A stretch of 60,000 nucleotides of DNA from Lama glama. Lineage: Eukaryota. Shown one piece after another: positions 52,566-60,000 of the stretch. Positions within the stretch are counted from its first letter, which is position 1. Each line of letters starts with the position of its first letter. A model generated the notes under the pieces. The model was not told where the DNA came from. It made no database searches and saw nothing but the letters and a program-made list of their open reading frames with translations. Position numbers and translations under genes: made by a program. Where the stretch lies: NCBI GenBank assembly GCA_028534125.1, contig CM052817.1:97404001-97464000 (forward strand). The letters are read 5' to 3'.

Positions 52566-55449
52566 AGCCTTTTAAAATGTTCATCTATAACACTATGCCT
52601 CGATTTTCTTTAAATCATTACCTTTCACTTATGCAAAATCACCAACATGTGACGCAATAATAGTTCATATTGTTTGTGACTATACAGGAATGTGGTTAAA
52701 GATAAAATGTGTGGTAGGAAGGGACACACCAGTAGAGTGGTGACATCTGGGAAAGGAGGAAGGAAATGTGATTACGAACCCTATAATTATACATTCCTTT
52801 TTAAAAAAAAGGAATTTGTAGTAAATACGCAAAATGTTGACAATTAAACTGGAGAGACAATTTTGTTAACTTGCTTGATTATTTTCTAGTCTCTTTGGTA
52901 CGGGAAGAAAAAGTCTTGGGGTAAAACGAAACATGACCAAGTGGGATGTGAGGTTAGGTAAAAAGTGTCAGACTAAAGTAAGAATTCACGTATTCAGGAA
53001 GAGAGGCAAGAAGGGGATTTGGAAGGGTCAAAGAGCAGGGCCAGACTCACCCGAAAAGAGGACAAGGTAGGACTGTCTAGGGAGACAGTACACTACAGGG
53101 ACTGTGTCCGTGGAAAACACAACAAGGTCCCATTCAAGTAGACGCTGTTTACTGGGTGACGTGTGGCCCCAGAATTGAGTACTGTATATATCAGCTTACT
53201 ATGAACCAAATGGGAAGATGCTTGAGTTGCTGCTGCATAAAATGAACCTTAAATACAGGGGAAACCACTGAAATAATGGTAGGAAAGACAATACTGAACT
53301 GAGATTCTGACAGCACAAAAAAATTGTTATAAAATACAGCTTACCTATAAAAGTAAAAAACCATGCCTGTTTGTAATATGACTTTTAAGAGTGAAGTCAG
53401 GAATTTATTTTATCTGGTACACACAGTAATTTGCTATAAAGCTTTATGAAACAGCTAAAATAATGCTACCGCCAGAAACCAATTGTTGCTAAAACGCATT
53501 CAGTTAAAATGGAAAATACAGGGAAATAAAACACTGTAATTGTCTCTCAACCCACATTGCATATTATGTAGCTAAATTATATACTATTATATTTTCTACA
53601 TTTTAATAAGCTTTCCCAGAGAGAAATTGATAACATAAGGAAATGATTCTCAGCTTTTATTTCTGAAGACCTAAATAATATCCCACACATATTTATAAAC
53701 CAAACAGGGCCTCGGCCTCTCATTAGATCCTAAACCTTATAAACTCTGCTTCACGAAACCACAACATGTAATAATACATGAAAGAGCTAACACAAATGGT
53801 TTTCGGTTCTACTTCTTACTTGGATTCACAGCTGGGGACTTACCTATTCAAAGTGAGCTATTATAATACATAAGAAAAAAAATCAAGGTTTTCTTAATTT
53901 TTGAAAATCTTTTAATAGTGTGCTGTATAATTCGTACAAATATTGTCTTTGGCTTTGATAATATTTTACTTAAACTTGTCCATCCACTAGTTAGTGCAAG
54001 TGGGGACCTCCCCAAAAAGATGAATTTCATGGCCCTGATCCAAATGTAGCAGGATGTTGACAAACTATGTAAGTAATATGTCCAGTACTTAAATAAAAGG
54101 TCAAATGTCTCCTTTAACCTATGTAAGAATTTTCAAAATAATAAATCATCATAATTAATAAAGTGGTAGAAAACCTTTGGGGAAGTTTAAGAAATTTACA
54201 TATCTCCAGACAGTGAATAATTTCCTAAACACAAAGTTAATAATAAAATACCAGGTGCTCATTTTAAACAGAGAAATTTGCAGCAGTATTTCCAAGGCCT
54301 GAAAAGAATCTGATTAGCCAAATATACTGAATGCGCACAGCTTCAAAGATCTTGATGGGACAAATAAGACGCATTTACTAAATATTAACAGTAAAACTTC
54401 AATCAAAAGAGAGATTTTGGTAGAAATTTTAAAGAAACTGCTTTATACTCTTTTCAGGTCACATTCAGATTTTCTATGAATACCAAAAAGTATGAAACAG
54501 GAAAGAAAATAACATGCTTACCCCCTTCTAAGGTTCAGACGTCACTGAATTCATTCCAGAAACTAACGTGTTTCTGAAATGTTTGTTATCAGCAAGATCT
54601 GTGTTTTCCCAGTTCACTTCGAGAGAAGCTAGCAGGACCTCTCTCTCATGGGGTTTACGATGCACTGTAACTTCCTTCTTCCCCTGTGCTCACTGAGGGC
54701 AGGCCTGTCTGGCCAGTGCCCCCAGGATGCAGCCCAGCACCTGCTTATGGCTCTGTGGGTGTGTGCCGCACAGACGCAGAAGACCGGGCTAACAAAAGTG
54801 AGAAGGCAGGTCAGGGAAAACACAAAGCTGCCCTTCAAACACGGTCCTTTCGAAAGAAACTCAAATAAGCACTGATCATATCTAACACTATAAAGTGTCA
54901 TTATGGTCAAGTAAAAGTATTTCACTCAAATTAAATGCTGCGAAAGAAGCTGCTTTCTGAGACACAGAGAAGAGGGCAGATACAGTCTCTGTGTTTCCTC
55001 ATCCCTTTAATGTAATTTAAGGCTGTACCTTCATTTCAAGGTACATGATACTATCTCCGTAGCATCTTCTACAGATAATCAGGTATTAACGTTCACAATT
55101 CTCTCCCATCTCTATAAAGGTATCTTCCAACAGGTAGAGATTCAGGTGCTAGTGAAAGGATCACTACTAAAATTTATTGCTTCTATTTGAGTTTCCTGTA
55201 AATAGAATACCCCTGAAGCAGTAATAAATGCTGACATTTTGGCTGTTGGTTTTTTAATATGGCGAAGGTAGACAAAATGAAATTTCCCAGCCATTCATTA
55301 ATTTCCCTATCCTAGTGTCATCGTAGAAGTTATGAGAAAAAAATGAAATAAATGGGAAAGCACCTGACTCTCTTTTTTTTAATCAAGAAATAAGTAAAGT
55401 CCAGTTATTTCTCAATTATTCAATATTATTCAAATTTGCGGGGACTTTG

Positions 55450-55625
55450 AGTCAGTGGTTCTTCCTGATGGGGGGATAAAAGAGTCATGTGTGAAGCTGC
55501 GTGAACACACATGTACCCAGGCCCTGCTTCCCAGTGAATCCAATTCAAAGGATCTGAGGTGATGCCCTGGAATCTGCAGTTTTAAAAGCTTCGCAGTTGA
55601 TTTTTCCAAAGCCCTGGCTGAGGAC
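55450..55625. mobile_element. MER5-like hAT relic
   Basis: cagtggttcttc...tctgaggtgatgccctggaatctgcagttttaaaagct. Confidence 0.5.
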
Positions 55626-56199
55626 GAGCTGTGAATTCACAGGCATTTTCAAATGCCTTGGAATCCAGGGGCAGAGTCTGAACTAGTAGAGAGGCAGTGG
55701 TGGGGATGGTGAGAAACTGGAAAAGACGCCCCCAACTTAGCTCCAGCTCCCTGGGAACTTGCAGATGCGAGCCTGGTATTATTTACCAAGGGCTTCCACT
55801 TTGTTAGAGAGAAGACAGGATTCAGGATTCTGTTTAATGTAAAAATCCCTTGAGTTTTAAATGTTGAAACATGCCGATAGTCACATAGAGGCCCTGGCAG
55901 TCAGCCTATGATCCCAGGTTTAGAAGATCAACAGTACTGAACAATTTTTGCTCCTCCACAGGAGTGCTCAGAGATATGCAATATTTGAGGGGGGAGCGAT
56001 TTGTAAAAACATGGCCACAGTATTTTGCAGCTCTTTCCACTAAGCGACAGGGGCTACCTTCCGACCTCTTCGTTGGGCTGGCCGTGCGACTTACTTTGAC
56101 CATTAGAACACAGCAAAGTGACACCGTGTGTGTCGGCAGAGCTGGGGCCTGACGGGGTCTTGCAGTCTCCGTCCTTCCCCTCTCTGAACACTTTGCCTG

Positions 56200-56505
56200 C
56201 CAGGCACGGGACCCCGGCACAGGTTACCAGATGATGAGAGACACTCCCAACCCCGGTGGGGAGAAAGGCCTGCCGGATACCCAGCACCAAGCGCCCCTCC
56301 CCCCACGTGGGTGAGGCCGCCTTCAGCTCCCCGGCCCCGGTCAGGTAAGCCATTGGATGACCACAGCCACCTAAGTGGGAGCAGCTAAGACCAGAAAACT
56401 GCGCAGCCAAGCCCACCCAAGATGCAGAATTGTGAGCAAACAGTTATTGTTTTCATCACTAAGCTTGGGGAGGTTGATTCAGCAGAAATAGAAAACCGAT
56501 GCAGA
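56200..56505 (+). mobile_element. MaLR (MLT1-type) LTR 3' part
   Basis: cagccaagcccacccaagatgcagaattgtgagcaaa...ttgttttcatcactaagcttgggg...gcagaaatagaaaaccgatgca. Confidence 0.6.
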
Positions 56506-57151
56506 CACTGCCCTGAAAGCCGAGTGCTGCCTTAATAAAACTCGACAATAAAAACACAATCAAAACTGGAAACACGTGGAGTCAGTTTTCGGACTGGGTG
56601 GTGGATGGCAGCAGGGGAAATAATAAAGAGGCAATTAACGACGGGAAAACAGCAGCCTGTGGTGGCAAAATAACTGGCAGCATTTCTGCCTGCGATAACT
56701 CGGATGATAAAAAGGTACCTAATGAACTTGTTGATCTGGCCAAGAAGATCTCGAGCAAGAATGCTGAAAATATCACTTGGTTTCCTCAAGCTGATAAAGG
56801 CACAGAGGGGAAAAAAGGAGAGCTAAATATGGCATTGTTCAGTTTGCAAGCAGAATGCAGGAGGAAAACAGAGAGCTAGGATTTGGTGGGATGGAAATAA
56901 ACCTGTCTCACCCTCCAGAGTTCTCAATGTGATAGATAATCAGTATGACTGTGTTTTTTCTTTTCCCCCTGCTTATAAATAAACAGAATGGTCATTCTTT
57001 AACATTTCCCCTGATCTAAAGAAAAAGACGTCAAAATATAACCTAGGACATATACACAGGCACACATCATCCCCGAACCCAGATAACCTAAAAGAAAAAA
57101 ATAAGGGCAAAGTTCTGTTCAACAGATAAATTTATCCTCACTTTTGGAAGG

Positions 57152-57210
57152 GGTGTGTGTGTGTGTGTGTGTGTACGCACACGCACTTGTATGCACACAG
57201 GTGCACACTG
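57152..57210. repeat. (GT)n / alternating purine-pyrimidine tract
   Basis: Directly visible. Confidence 0.85.
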
Positions 57211-59529
57211 GCAGGGGTTGGGGGTCAGGGGATATGACACTTGAAAACAAAGAGGATATGTACATAAATGTATCTGCATATGTGTGTGTAGATATAATGT
57301 TTTTCTACTAGTTATTTAAAATATTGTTTTACAGTAAGATAAATGTGAATATACTATGTATAGATTCTAAATTGGCACTAATTTTTTTTAAGATAAAATG
57401 TAAAACTCCATGGAACTTTTTTTCTTGTAGCTCATGGCCTGGGATATACCCCCAAATCCTCTACGGTGGGCACTTCTCTTCTACCACATGAGGGGGTACT
57501 TGGTGGAAAAGATGGAGCAGCAGCGGGTGAGATAAGCCCCCCCAGCTGAGTCCTCACATCCCAAGTTTCGGAAACTTGGCATCTTGTTAAAGATCCTGCC
57601 GAGGTGGGGGGGGGGGGAGTGGCAACAAGGAGTTGTGGGATGACAGCTGTGTCACAGGGGCTGTCCCAGCTCTCACAGATCCGTTTCTCAAAAGAAAAGG
57701 ACTGAAGTCAATAGCAGAAAAATTATGAAAAGCAGACCTCTGTAATGACCCAAAATCCAAGTGCCGAAGGCACTCCTGCGCAGTGAGACTCAGTCAGGCT
57801 CTTACTTAAGAGCTTATTTGTTCTCACGGTACAGGATGCTGAACTGGACTCAAGCACATTTTCCAGACTCATGGCAAAAGCTAAAAAGGTATTCAGGATG
57901 AGCTCCACGTGCCAGGCAAGATTACAGCCCCAAACAGGAAGCAGTGACAGCAGTCTGAGGTCACTGATTTCGACAGCAAAGTACACGAAATCTATCTGCT
58001 GGTACTAAGGGCTTCCTATTTGGGTGTAAGAGTTTCATTCATTCAACTAAAACAGCAGACCCCATGCCATGCCAGGGGTTCACCCCGAACGATGCTAACC
58101 CTTACCTCAGAGTACTTACTAGCAGGCAGGGTGGTAGTCAGATCAGGGGTAAGGCGTTCTAGTACATTTACAAGAGCAACTAAGCTCCCAAGGAGCTTAA
58201 AATAAACCAGAGTCTGATCATTCATCAAGGAAAGGTTCTTGCTCAGTGCAATCTATTTAAGAAGACAGGAAAACGGGCAATTTATTTTAGACAGACTTCG
58301 ATTCCAAATGTCTAAAACAAAACAGTCTTGAATTTTAAGCAAACGCTCAGCTCTCTGGAACAATCCCAACGCCAAAGTTGTACTGAACATATCATATGCA
58401 ATATTTCACGATACATCATATAAATATGAAGCAGCACATAAAATAAATTACATATAAAAACAGAGACTAAACACTCATATGTTAGTACTTACGAGTAATA
58501 AAACTTGAAATGGTTATGTTTTCCCTGGGGCAGAGTTTCTTCATTTTTACCCATTAAAAGTTCAAGGCAATTCGTCAAAAATTTATATCCAGCCATTCTG
58601 TATACATCTAAATTACCCTCAACATTGTATAACTAAGCACCTCTCACTAACAGACTTGAGAAAAATAACTGAAGCCTTACTTGGATTTAATTGCAAAAAA
58701 AAAGAAAAAGATTATTTTCCTTCCACAGTTAACGGAGTAAGTTGATGGGAAGTTTCATTAAACTATAAAAAAAAGAAGCATAACTCTCATACCATAAATT
58801 TGATATTTTTCAACCTAAATGATAACATAGGACAAAAACATCTAAGTCTCTGGAAACAGGTTTCCATAGAACCACCTCCTTAGGAAACACTGTAGGCACT
58901 AAAAAATATTTTTAATTTATTTAGAAATCACTCAATAGCTCATTTGAAGGTGTTTCATAGAGTAAAATTTAGTCCTGATTAGCTGAAAACTTAATATACT
59001 CTAATGGACTTTGAATAATTTTAAAGCAATTTTTAATCTTTTCATTAACTTTCTAAACTTTTCCTTACAACATAAATACATTACAAAAGAGAATGTAGTT
59101 CTCCCTAGTCCCTACTTCTGCATATAAAGGACAACTCATTTATAGAAGTTGATGGGTTTTGTTTTTCCCTGTTAGACATCTAAGAACCCTTCTTTTTGAG
59201 GGATTCAAAGGTTTGAAGTGTTAAATATAAACTACCATTTACAAATGCGCCCTGGAAGTTCCAGTATCCACCCACATGAACCCTATGAAATTTACAGTTT
59301 GAACAGCTCCTTTGCTATTTTACCGCATGGACTATAAACCACGTTCCAAAGCCCCGCTTCTCCCTGAATATCCCTCCTGGAAGCCACGGCTGGAAATACC
59401 AACGGGGACCAGCCCCCACCAAGTCCCCCGAGGCCTGCCCGCCAGGCGGAGCCCCGCAGCCCATTTCCTGACCCGGGCGGCTACGGGCTTTCCTCGGGTT
59501 CCCATTCCAGGCAGCCCTGTGCGGTGAAA

Positions 59530-59830
59530 ATATGAAAGCTCTTGGAGCCAGAGGGTCCTCGGTCCTGATCCTGGCTCTGCCACCGATGATGTACGTGGCC
59601 TGGGCCGGTCAGGTCAGGTCTGGGCAGTGGGCCACAAGCTCAGACATGCTACTGAGACATACTGGTCACACCTTTGGCCACATTATGTGACCCAACCTAA
59701 GGTATAACTGTTCTAAATTCAGACATGAGAAAACAGACTCAAAAAGTTAAATAATCTGCCCAGAGCCGCACAGGTAGCAAGGAATTGTGCTGGGATGAGA
59801 GGTCAAACTCCCGATTCCTCCACATGAGGC
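59530..59830. mobile_element. MIR relic(s)
   Basis: gatcctggctctgccac...gtggcctgggc; gacatgagaaaacagactca...tctgcccagagccgcacagg. Confidence 0.5.
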
Positions 59831-60000
59831 ATATTTCCTGAATATGCCACGTGTAACAGCCGTATCTCCGTAAAGACAGTGAATCCCTGCTCTCGTGGTG
59901 TTTACACTTTATTAGGGAGACAAGCAGTTAAGAACTTCACAATGATCACCAACTATGATAAGCTAAGAGAGACACACACATAGGGTGGGATAGAGAGTGA

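Noticed and set aside
1..60000. CRISPR arrays, operons or prokaryote-type systems; host gene symbol
   Set aside because: The sequence is mammalian repeat-rich DNA with no regularly spaced repeat-spacer structure, and no exon could be recognised to name a gene.

Overview
Mammalian genomic DNA, very probably a camelid: it carries a Vic-1-type tRNA-derived SINE and many cetartiodactyl-type L1 3' ends. I cannot identify any host protein-coding exon, RNA gene or CRISPR-like array. The ORF-track entries are transposon remnants, microsatellite artefacts or apparent chance ORFs. In the unique-sequence lines I hand-counted, the + strand has A>T and C>G. Together with several strong minus-strand splice signals, this suggests a long intron of an unidentified gene transcribed on the - strand (inference). 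Supported features are a near full-length Tigger1 split by an L1, about 16 L1 fragments (several with intact target-site duplications, two 5'-inverted), a solo ERV1-type LTR, MaLR LTRs, hAT-Charlie elements, L2/MIR relics and microsatellites. The best leads are a recursive-splice-site-like YnTAG|GTAAG with a downstream donor (53051-53361), a candidate 105-nt poison/UTR exon (15-119), a 48-bp dispersed duplication, and two twin-primed L1s inverted at the same L1 position. I found no convincing novel biological system. Repeat subfamily names come from recalled consensus sequences, and boundaries without a TSD are approximate.
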